This document shows positions 51,347-61,992 of a DNA stretch of 64,000 nucleotides, one piece after another. A program made the position numbers and the translations under genes. Source of the DNA: Octopus sinensis. Taxonomy: Eukaryota. The stretch's first letter is position 1; every line of letters begins with the position of its first letter. The stretch spans positions 49,476,001-49,540,000 of the forward strand of contig NC_043002.1 of NCBI RefSeq assembly GCF_006345805.1. The letters are read 5' to 3'. Below the pieces are notes generated by a model. It did not search any database and had not been told where the DNA came from. It saw only the letters and a list, made by a program, of their open reading frames with translations.

Positions 51347-52422
51347 ATGCATTTCTTGGAGTTCTAAACTCCCTCTCAACCAGTGAAAAATAAGAATTTT
51401 GCTAATGAAATAACAAACAGAACACACTAATTTTTACTTATTTTGGGCCACCTCTATCCTGGTCACCATTTACAGTCATTGCACCAATTCATTGAAGATT
51501 ATTTTTAACAGATATCGTATATCAATGAATTAATTCCATTGTCTAGTCTTAGCGCTATACCATAACACACTTCAAACACCAAGAATTTCACAACTTGTCA
51601 CATTTTTATCATACATTTACTTATCTTTCTTTATTGCCATCAAGTGCAAAAACATTAATATTTCCGCATTTGTGAACTCTCTACATTGTACTCCAACCAC
51701 AAACCTTCAAACACCACAGATTAGTTGGAGTAGAACAGTTTTTCACAGTATCACTGATATTACCTTTTGTATTCATATCTACTATTCTGTGATTTGGTTG
51801 ATATATTTCCCTCTTGTGTTTAGCTGCCATTTTCTACACATTTATTTTATAAGATTAAAGTTGTAAGTCAGACGAAGAAAGGGGCAGTGCACGTGACCTT
51901 TGCAGATGCTCCCAGACGCACATACATGTTCTTCATCTCTCTAGCATCAAACTTAGAACAAATGAATCTCTCTCACTCTCTCTTGTCAGATTTTATGATA
52001 ATGTAAATACACAAGTGCAAAAGACACCAAAAGTACCCCAACACAAAACTCTATGGCCATTACATCAAGAACAAGATATGCAAAAATCATCATTACTGTT
52101 GTATTGTACAGACAGGATGGTTATATTTTGAACGCAGTAGAGCGGTGAGAACAGCAGAAAGATCATGTAATGATATGCAGTACTCAATCAGGTATAATTA
52201 TTAGCCTTGGGTAATAATACATGGTACCCAGTCAGGTATTATTAGCCTTGGGCAACAATACCCAATCTTTCTGCTGTTATCATGGCTATACTGCTTTCAA
52301 AATATTACCTTCTTGTCTTTAGGATACAAGAGACATTTGACACTTCTAAAAACAAAGTAAAAAGTTTGTTTACATATTTTGTTGTTGTATCATTACTATT
52401 ATTTGATTGTTATTATTTAAAA

Positions 52423-52644
52423 GCAGCGAGCTAGCAGAATCGTTAACACACCAGGCAAAATGCTTAGAGGTCTTTTGCCCATCGGTATATTCTGAGTTCA
52501 AATTCCGCCGAGGTCAACTTTGCCTTTCATCCTTTCAGGGTCGATAAATTAAGTACCAGTAAAACACTGGGGTTGATGTAATTGACTTGCCCCTTCCCCC
52601 CCCCCAAATTTCAGGCCTTGTACCTATAGTAGAAAGGATTATTT
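52423..52644 (+). mobile_element. SINE family C monomer with tail 2
   Basis: Head, core and GGCCTTGTACCTATAGTAGAAAGGATTATT tail. Confidence 0.85.
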
Positions 52645-52664
52645 AGAATTATTAAAGGCTGTAG

Positions 52665-53272
52665 AGGTGGCCGGTGACACGTAAAAGCACCGTCCGTTCG
52701 TGGCCGTTTGCCAGCTCTGTCTGGCAACCATGTCAGTGGCATGTAAAAGCACCATCCGTTCGCGTCCGTTGCCAGCCTCGGCTGACCCCGTTCCGGTGAC
52801 ACGTAAAAGCACGTACGTTCGTGGCGTTGCCGCTCTGTCTGGCCCCGGGTCGGTGGCACGTAAAAGCACCTCCATTCGTGTTCGTTGTCAGCCTCGGCTG
52901 GCCCCCGTGCCGGGACACGTAAAAGCACCATCCGTTCGTGGCCGTTTGCAGTTCTGTCTGGCCCCATGTCTGTGGCACATAAAAGCACCATCGTTAGTGT
53001 CCGTGCCAGCATCACCTGGCCCCGTGCCGGTGACACGTAAAAGCACATCCGTTCGTGGCCGTTCGCCAGCTCTGTCTGGCACCTGTGCAGGTGGCACGTA
53101 AAAAACACCCACTACACTCGCGGAGTGGTCGGCGTTAGGAAGGGCATCCAGCCATAGAAACACTGCAGATCTGACTGGGCCTGACGAAGCCTTCCAGCTT
53201 CACAGACCCCAGTTGACCCGTCCAACCCATGCTAGCATGGAAAGCGGACGCTAAATGATGATGATGATGTAT
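52665..53272 (+). mobile_element. RTE 3' end (family E) with 8-unit ~59-bp minisatellite
   Basis: TAAAAGCAC-type anchors at 52681, 52743, 52803, 52860, 52919, 52979, 53037, 53098; standard tail and (GAT)n follow. Confidence 0.9.
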
Positions 53273-53300
53273 TATCATTTAGTATATTTAGTATTATTAA

Positions 53301-53660
53301 AGACAGCGAGCTAGCAGAATTGGTAACGTGCTGAGAAAAATGCTTAGCGGCATTTCGTCTGTTTTTATGTTCTGCATTCAAATTCCGCCAATGGTCAACT
53401 TTGTCTTTCATCCTTTTGGGGGGTTTCAGGGTCAATAAAAGAAGTACCAGTTGAGTGCTGGGGGGGTCAATGAAATCAACTTACCCCTCCCCTAAACCTG
53501 CTGGCCTTGTACTAAAATTTATAACCATTATTAAAGTCTGTGAGCCGGCAAAATCATAACCATGCCTGACCAAACACTTAGTGACATTTCTTCTGACTCT
53601 TTATGTTCTCAGTTCAAATTCCACTGTAGTTAACTTTGCCTTTCATCTTTTGGGGTTCAA
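53301..53660 (+). mobile_element. Two degenerate SINE family C copies
   Basis: Heads at ~53301 and ~53536 with CpG decay. Confidence 0.7.
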
Positions 53661-53770
53661 TAGAATGGAAGAGATATAGTTGATTGTAGTTTTGGGGAAT
53701 TGTTCATTTATTTAAATTTACATTTATATGTTCATTTTTAAAATTCCTATTTATATTTCTCTAGTTACTA

Positions 53771-54177
53771 TCTTTACTCTTTTACTTGTTTCAGTCATTT
53801 GACTGTGGCTATGCTGGAGCACTGCCTTTAGTTGAGCAAATCGACCCCAGGACTTATTCTTTGGAAGCCTAGTATTTATTCTATCGGTCTCTTTTGCCGA
53901 ACTGCTACGTTACGGGGACGTAAACACACCACCATCGGTTGTCAAGCGATTTTGAGGAGACAAACACAGACACTCAAACATATACACACACATACATATA
54001 TATGCATATACATATATATGACGGGCTTCTATCAGTTTCCGTCTACCAAATCCACTCACAAGGGTTTGGTTGGCCTGAGGCTATAGTAGAAGACACTTAC
54101 CAAAGAGCCACGCAGTGGGAATGAACCCAGAACCATGTGGTTGGTAAGCAAGCTACTTACCACACAGCCACTCCTGC
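53771..54177 (-). mobile_element. SINE family A, full length
   Basis: Colinear with family A. Confidence 0.9.
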
Positions 54178-54295
54178 ACCTAGTTGTTTATCTTTTACAC
54201 GCTTTTTATGTGACCCCACATTGTTTGGCCTGTACCGTCCCCAATGGGGTTTTTTTGTGAAGCCTTAATGGTTAATAAAGAAAACATTATTATTT

Positions 54296-54500
54296 AGGTG
54301 GTGAGCTGGCAGGATCTTTAACACACCTGGCAAAATGTTTAGCAGCATTTTATCTATCTTTACATTCTGAGTTCAAATTCTGCCAAGGTCAACTGCTTTT
54401 CATCCTTTTGGGGTTGATAAACTAATTACCAGTGAAACACTGCAGTTGATGTAATTGACTGGTCCCCCCCACCCAAAAAAAATTTCCAGCCTTGTGCAAG
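54296..54500 (+). mobile_element. SINE family C, CpG-decayed
   Basis: TGCCAAGGTCAAC and GGGGTTGATAAA versus consensus CGCCGAGGTCGAC and GGGGTCGATAAA. Confidence 0.8.
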
Positions 54501-55079
54501 CATAGAGTACTGAACATTAAAACAATGATGACAATGATAATGATTACAATTGCCTGAGCCCTACAGAGCTAGATAGATGCATACCATCTTCACATCAGGC
54601 ATACTGGTACCTAGTACATTTATCATGCATCTTCCTCTGTGTCCCTTCTCTTCCCATCAGCCACTGCACTGCCCTTTTTCCTCAACAGCACTTAATCCTA
54701 AGAGAGGAAAGTACAGCCATCTAAACCCCAAGTGCATTGCATGTCCTTACTTTATCGCCTCCAGAAAGGGTGAAAGGCAGAGTTAAACTCTCTGAGATTT
54801 GAACTCCCAATGTAAATATATCTTTTTTTTTCTTCTTTTATTTGTTTCTGTCATTGGACCGTGGCCATTCTGGAGCACTGCCTTTAAGGGTTTTAGTCGA
54901 AAAAATTGACTCCAGTATTTGAACTCAGTACTTAAAGGACTTGAAGAATTGCCACTGAGTTTTTTGTCTTGTGCAGTAACATTTCTGCCAGTTCTTCTAT
55001 ACCAGACACTGGCTTTCATGGCTTCTGCTCTTAACTTATTGGAAGTATTATCATGTACGTGTTTTGTCATGTTATAAAA

Positions 55080-55550
55080 GATGGGCTACAGCAAATATTC
55101 TGCTCAGTACCACAGATTTGCTTGCCAGTTGTTTGACTTTAACCAGTTTAGCATGTCCTTTGATGGCTGATGATATGTACTTCTCTGATCCTGGGCAGAA
55201 GTAGTGGGGGAGCATCACAGACATGTGTTGAGAGGAATTCTTTGGGGTTTCATCAATTCCCCTTGGTAACACAGGGGTTTTGTTCAACATCCCTAAACAA
55301 CCCTTATTCAGGGACCTTTTGAGCAAGATGGGCTACTCAATCTGGAGAAAATTCTAACTGGGCCCCACCTGCAAGGTCATGCGCTGTTTGATTTCAGATT
55401 ACCATGTTGCGCACATATGGTTGTGATGCATGTGCCTGGTGTACCCTTATCAGATGGGTAGTCATGATGGATATACTGGGCTTCATATATTTTACCTTTG
55501 TATCACTTTGATGGCATACACTGCTCTCTCACTCAATAATAATAATAATA
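55080..55550 (+). mobile_element. LINE-like 3' end with (AAT)n tail (family F)
   Basis: Second partial copy at 6170-6345; ends CTCTCTCACTC(AAT)n. Confidence 0.65.
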
Positions 55551-55712
55551 ATCATCATCATCATCGTTTAACGTCCGCTTTCCATGCTAGCATGGGTTGG
55601 ACGATTTAACTGAAGGCTGGCAAATCAGATGGCTGCACCAGGCTCCAGTCTTGATCTGGCAGAGTTTCTACAGCTGAATGCCCTTCCTAACTCCAACCAC
55701 TCCAAGAGTGAT
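55548..55712 (-). mobile_element. RTE 3' end (family E)
   Basis: (CAT)n-CGTTTAACGTCCGCTTTCCATGCTAGCATGGG. Confidence 0.85.
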
Positions 55713-55920
55713 TATTATAATCATTTCTATTATAGGTACAATGCCTGAAATTTTAGGGCTTGTCACTTACCTTGACTCCAGTTTTAGGTGCTTAATTTAG
55801 CAATCCCAGGAGAAAAAGACAAAGACAACCTCTGTGGAATTTGAACACAGAACATAAAGACAGATAAAATGCTGCTAAGCATTTTGCTTAGTCTGCTAAT
55901 GATTCTGCTCGCTCAGTGCC

Positions 55921-55957
<37 letters not shown>

Positions 55958-56624
55958 GCAACAACAACAGTTGTAGAAGTAGTTTCCAGTGATAATAGAA
56001 AGAAATGTCCTTGATCCTGGGAATCATGCAGACATCAACATGAGAAACAAATATTTGAGAATCAAAACCAAAGAAAAGAAAACACCCCTCAGAAAAAAAA
56101 ACAGAGTCATGCAAACAGACTATGTTGACATTGAAATAATTATTTTTCCATTTTTTATCTTTTGTTTATGTTGAGCAGTGACAAACATACATACACAGAG
56201 GGACACAAGTCAACTTTTAGGTGGTTATACAAGTTGCAAGAAATAGCAACCAAAACACACCCAGCTGTCTTTAAAGAAAAGAGAAAGACACTGGATATTT
56301 TGATTGAGTAAAAAAAATATGACTAGATGATCACAGATGGAAAGCCTTTGGTTATTGGTTGGCTCGAACTACTGTTTAATAACATATACAGACATTCATG
56401 CACACACACACACATACAAATTCACATAAAGAAATAGATATACACACACACATAGTTATTCATGGATGCTGGTATGTAACTGGATTCACAAGGCATAAGA
56501 AATGTGAATCTACAACCTTCATGCCTTTCTGAGTGATTGAATTTGGTTGTTTCCATCTAAATGAAGAATCAATGCTGTTTCTGAAAATCTGTTCTTACAG
56601 TGCTGTACCAACACACAAATACAT

Positions 56625-56963
56625 CATCATCATTTAACGTCCATTGTCCATGCTGGTATGGGTTGGACAATTTAACCAGAGCTAGTAAGCTGGGGAGTTG
56701 CACCAGGCTCCAGTCTGATTTGGTGTGGTTTCTACAGCTGGATGCCCTTCCTAACACAAATGACTTTACAGTGTGCTGGGTGCTTTTATGTAGTGCTGCA
56801 CTGGCACTTTTACATAACACTATGAGTGCTTTTCACCACTAGGACTGGTTTTAACACTTCTGCTGCAGAGTACACAGCAAGGCACCAGTTCTCTGTCATC
56901 TCTGAAATGTTCAGTGTCCTGAGGTCGTTCTTCAGTACTTCATCCCATGTCTTCCTGGGTGTC

Positions 56964-56968
<5 letters not shown>
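56625..56968 (-). mobile_element. RTE 3' end plus ORF C-terminal remnant
   Basis: Family E tail at 56625-56830; 56860-56968 translates on minus as PRKTWDEVLKNDLRTL. Confidence 0.75.
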
Positions 56969-57004
<36 letters not shown>

Positions 57005-57007
<3 letters not shown>

Positions 57008-58775
57008 TATAATTCAAGGTAGAGGTTGGGGTCCACCAGGGTTCAGTCCTCAGCCCCCTCCTATTTATCATAGTCCTCCAGGCAATTACGGAGGAATTCA
57101 AAACAAGATGCCCCTGGGAGCTCCTCTATGCTGACGACCTTGCTCTAATTGCTGAGTCACTATCAGAACTGGAGAAGTTTCTGGTGTGGAAGGAGGGTTT
57201 AGAATCGAGGTGCCTTAGAGTCAACCTAGCTAAAACCAAAGTCCTAATAAGTAGGAAGGTAGACAAACTACAAATGCCTTCAGGTAGATGGCCCTGCTCG
57301 ATCTGTAGAAAAGGCGTAGGTAGAAACTCTATAAGATGTACCCAGTGTAAGCTATGGACACATAAGAGGTGCAGCAATGTCAAAGGAAGGCTAACTGGGA
57401 AGATAGTTTTTGTATGTGGCAGATGCTCAGGAGCAATAAACACTGAAAATCTGCAGAAAACAACTTCCGTCACTTTCCAGGGGAAAAAACTAGAAGTAGT
57501 TGATAGCTTCCGTTATCTAGGTGATCAAGACAGTAGCAGTGGTGGGTGTCCTGAAAGTGTAACTGCTAGAGTAAGAATAGCCTAGGCAAAGTTCAGGGAG
57601 CTCTTACCTCTGCTGGTGACTAAAGGCCTCTCGCTCAGAGTAAAAGGCAGACTGTATGATGCATGTGTACGAACAGCCATGCTACATGGCAGTGAAACAT
57701 GGGCCGTGACTGCTGAGGATATGCGTAAGCTCACGAGGAATGAAGCCAGTATGCTCCGATGGATGTGTAATGTCAGTGTACATAATCGACAGAGTGTAAG
57801 TACCTTGAGAGAAATGTTGAACCTAAGAAGCATCAGCTGTGGTGTGCAAGAGAGATGATTGCGCTGGTATGGTCATGTGGCGAGAATGGATGAAGATAGG
57901 TGTGTGAAAAAGGGCCAATCCCTAGCAGTTGAGGGAACCCATGGAAGAGGTAGACCCAGGAAAACCTGGGACGAGGTGGTGAAGCACGACCTTCAAACTT
58001 TAGGCCTCACCGAGGCAATGACTAGCGACCGAGACCTTTGGAAATATGCTGTGCATGAGAAGACCCGGCAGGACAAGTGAGTCCAGCCCACTTATGCATG
58101 CCTTTCCTCCCTTGGACACACGAAGACCTATTGAGGCAAGCGAAGTCGAAATCGAACCTCATCCAACGACAGGCACCCATGCCAATCTCCCTTCATTGGA
58201 TACTAAACTCTGCTTGCGAAGACCTGTTGGCGCAAGTGAAATCAGAATCGAAATTGAACCAATCCTATGACTAGCACCCGGCAGTTGCCAGGACCGCTGG
58301 ACTGACTCCTGTGCAGGTGGCAAGTGAAGAACACCATTTCGACCCAGTGCTTGAGGAGATCCATTGAGTCAAATACACCAACATCAAAATCAATGGAAAT
58401 TGCAGTTGTGATCCCTGTGCCGGTGGCACGCAAAAAGCACCATCTGAACGTGGCCGATGCCAGTGCCGCCTAGACTGGCTTCCGTGCCGGTGGCACGTAA
58501 AAAGCTCCATCCAAATCGTGGCCAATGCCAGCGCCGCCTTGACTGGCTTCCGTGCCGGTGGCACGTAAAATGCACCAATCCGATCATGGCCGTTGCCAGC
58601 CTCGCAAAAAGCACCCACTACACTCACGGAGTGGTTGGCGTTAGGAAGGGCATCCAGCTGTAGAAACACTGCCAGATCAGACTGGAGCCTGGTGCAGCCT
58701 TCTGGCTTCCCAGATCTCCGGTCGAACCGTCCAATCCATGCTAGCATGGAAAACGAACGTTAAACGATGATGATG
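57005..58775 (+). mobile_element. 5'-truncated RTE-clade LINE: RT domain with inserted PHD-like finger, 3' UTR with minisatellite and (GAT)n tail
   Basis: GVHQGSVLSPLLF, ELLYADDL, VNLAKTKV, C4HC3 finger, FRYLG, MLHGSETW, RWYGHVARM, GRGRPRKTW; ORF end 58080; a frameshift and in-frame stops show it is dead. Confidence 0.92.
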
Positions 58776-58965
58776 ATGATATATATATATATATATAATT
58801 GAGTTTATAAGAGATAATGGTGTCATTGAGACCCAAACGTGTCAGGTAATGTTGAATAAGTGCTATATACAGACCATAGAAACAGCTGTAAGACCTTCTA
58901 TCCATCTATAAATGCTCTAATATCTATACAGCCTTGGTTTTATATCTTATTATGCAAAAAATTCT

Positions 58966-59003
<38 letters not shown>

Positions 59004-59084
59004 AAAACAATATTGAACACAAATACACAAGGTGTGTGTTTTGTCAGTTTGTGGGTAGGCTGAAACTGTAAGCATAAGAGAATA

Positions 59085-59338
59085 TATTCTCACCAATTCA
59101 CCTGGTGTTAAAACACCTGGAAGTCATTGACAAGATAACGTGCATCAGGTCCTGTTACAGGAGCAACAGCCATTACTGTTTTGTCATCTTTGTGACTTGT
59201 CAGCAGTATGTGGTATTGACAAGTCACAAAGATAACAGAACATAAGTGTCTATTGCTCTTGTAATAGGACCTGGTACAAGTTATCTTACTTGTCTATTAC
59301 TTCCTGGTGTTTTAGCACTAGGTGAATTCATGAGAATA
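59085..59338. repeat. 254-nt imperfect fold-back, single copy in window
   Basis: ~120-bp arms; apical 17 bp perfect (ATCTTTGTGACTTGTCA/TGACAAGTCACAAAGAT); 14-nt loop 59203-59216. Confidence 0.9.
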
Positions 59339-60180
59339 CATGCTTTTAGACCTACAATCACAGCCTGCCCACTAACTGACAAAGCACATACCTTGTGTGT
59401 GTGTGTATCTAGGCTCAACAAAAGAGCTTTTACCTGATTGTTCTACCTGCTAGAAATAACAGAGAAGACTCCCTTGAATAACCCCACTCTTTTAAAAATG
59501 CAAGAAACTTTGGACAGTTCTGTCTAGAAAACTTTTTGTTGGTCTTTGGGATCACAGCTAACCTGACTGGAGCTAAACATCAGTAACCACAATATATGTC
59601 ACTGATATACAAATATACACATATGACAGATTTCTAAAAAAATAATTTCTAGATACACACATAATTGTATACACATATACAGTTGTGGGGAGTAGCTGAT
59701 AAAGGAACTGCTTAATTGTCACCCGACTTTTTTAGAAATAGCTGCCAAATCACACCCTTTCATCATCATTATCATTTTAACATCCACTTTTCCATGCTTG
59801 CATGGGTCAGATGGAATTTGTTGAGGCACATTTTCTACAGCTAGATGCTCTTTCTGTTTCCAAGTAAGATAATATTTATCTATGGCCAGTCAGACATGTT
59901 TTGCACAGAAAACTAGAAATGAACAACACCGCTTGTATGACAGCGATGTTTGCAGGCTTTATGTCACAGCAATTGGCACATGCAAAACACACATGCATAC
60001 ATACACACTTTCGGTTTCAGCCTTTGCCTAAGATATCATACTGGGGGCCTGAACCTGAGACCACATGATTAGAAGCTAGCCTCTTAACCACACAACCATA
60101 CCTTGTGCTTACTGTTTTTAACAACTCAAAAGAAAAAAAAACAATGGAAGATGACAATGGAAAATATAGTCCTGGATATT

Positions 60181-60480
60181 CAGTGGTGCATGGCTTAGTG
60201 GTTAAGGTGTTGGACTCCCGATCGTAAGATTGTGGTTTCAATCCCTGGACTAGCTGATCCATTGTGTTCGTGAGTAAAACACTTCACTTCATGTTGTTCC
60301 AGTTCATTCAGCTGTGGAAATGGGTACCACTAGTGGATGTGCATGACTTAGTGGTTAGGGTGTTGGATTCATGACTGTAAGATTGTGGTTCTGATTTCTG
60401 GACCGGGTGATCCATTGAGTTCTTGAGCAAAACACTTCATTTCACGTTGCTCCTGTCCACTCAGCTGTAGAAATGAGTTT
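60181..60480 (+). mobile_element. Two tandem tail-less SINE family D heads with CORE-like blocks
   Basis: GCATG(G/A)CTTAGTGGTTA heads at ~60188 and ~60341. Confidence 0.75.
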
Positions 60481-61519
60481 AGCCTGGAGAGAGATGGGCT
60501 CTGCCACGCTTTCTCATCCTAGATATACCACATGGCTGCAGTGCCTCAATGACCCCCACAAGGGGTTAAAAGTCTTGTCATTATCATCATCATATTTAGA
60601 AAGATGGTCAGGGCTGGAACATCTTTGAACATAAATATTCCCAATTGAGGTAGCCAGGGAAAAGAATGACCATATTTATATACATTTACACATACAACAG
60701 TTACAAATGTGAACTCATAGACAGAACTTTCGTATGTGTATATATATGTATAAAGGGACAGGTATGGCAAGTAGTCAAGAAGTTCATTATGCAGTCAATA
60801 GGTTCTGGGTTCAATCTCACCCTGTAGTATCTTAGACAAGTGTCTTTTTTTTCTGTAACCTTGGATTAACTCAAGCTTGTGAGTGATATGGAGTAGATAA
60901 AAAGTGGGTAGTTATCTGTTAAATGGATTGTACCTTCATTTTAAAGGAAGGACATCTAGCTGTAAAACCCACCTCAGCGAATGCAGTTCGGAGGTTTATT
61001 TTGCAACCATGCAGATTCCAGTGTTGGTCATACTGTGTGGTATTTTGGACAAGTGTCATTCTGTATGTAGTCATGGGATGACCAATATCTTGTGACTGAA
61101 ATTTGGTAGAAGGTAAATCATGCAGAAGCTTTTATTGTATTTATACACCTCTATGTTTGCTTACATTACAGCTGTGTTCCTTTGTGGCATCTTTGTAAGG
61201 TGTAGATCGATAAAATAAGTACAGGGTGGTGCTGAAGCATGGTTGCAGCCTTATCGCTGAAACCAATAAAAGAATATACAAATGCCAAGTCGCATATAGA
61301 GACACACAGACAACAATGTTAACATAACTTTTATCAAAAAATAACATGAAAGAAATTTGAAAAAAAAGTGAAACAATTTTAATGAATTTTTTTTTTATAA
61401 TATTTTGAGAGGAAAAAAAAAACAAAAAAAAAAACAATGAAAGAAGACGAGAGAGGAAAAAATAGCGAACTCCTGGTGTGTTGGAATGAGAAGGGGATGG
61501 GGAGATATTTATATATCAA

Positions 61520-61920
61520 TGATAATAAAGATTACAAGAATATCCTTGCATAATAATAATTATAATAATAATAATTATAATAATTATAATTATATTAATA
61601 GTAATTATCATAATAATAATTGTAATACACACACTTCTTGTATGCAAATTAACATACATTGAATTGTCATAATATACATATATACATACATAGATAGATA
61701 TATATATGCATGTAAATATACATACATCCATACACATATGTATATTCATTTATATATATATACATATATACACACACATACATATATATATATATACATG
61801 TATGTACACTCGTACACAATCATACACAGACGTATATGGTGACATATACACACACATGCACACACTCACACACATATACACATACACCATCACACGTCAA
61901 TATAGATATCTGTATTTATA
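61520..61920. repeat. (TAA)n/(TA)n/(CA)n low-complexity tract in the presumptive tsh 3' UTR
   Basis: Direct reading; immediately downstream of the stop codon on the minus strand. Confidence 0.8.
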
Positions 61921-61992
61921 ATATTTTATTTTATTTTTTTAAATTTTTATTTTATTTCTAGAGCTGAGTTACCACGGTAGTTGTGATTGTGG

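Noticed and set aside
52665-53110. CRISPR array
   Set aside because: Spacers are homologous to each other in two alternating types, the array lies in a LINE 3' UTR, and there are no cas genes in this eukaryotic context.
1-61950. The many 60-250-aa ORFs in the ORF track (poly-YI, HT, CV, V, T, L, S)
   Set aside because: They are translations of microsatellites or SINE sequence, with no domain-like content.
61940-61965. Plus-strand splice acceptor for an antisense exon overlapping tsh
   Set aside because: The T-rich tract is simply the complement of the A-rich tsh 3' UTR.
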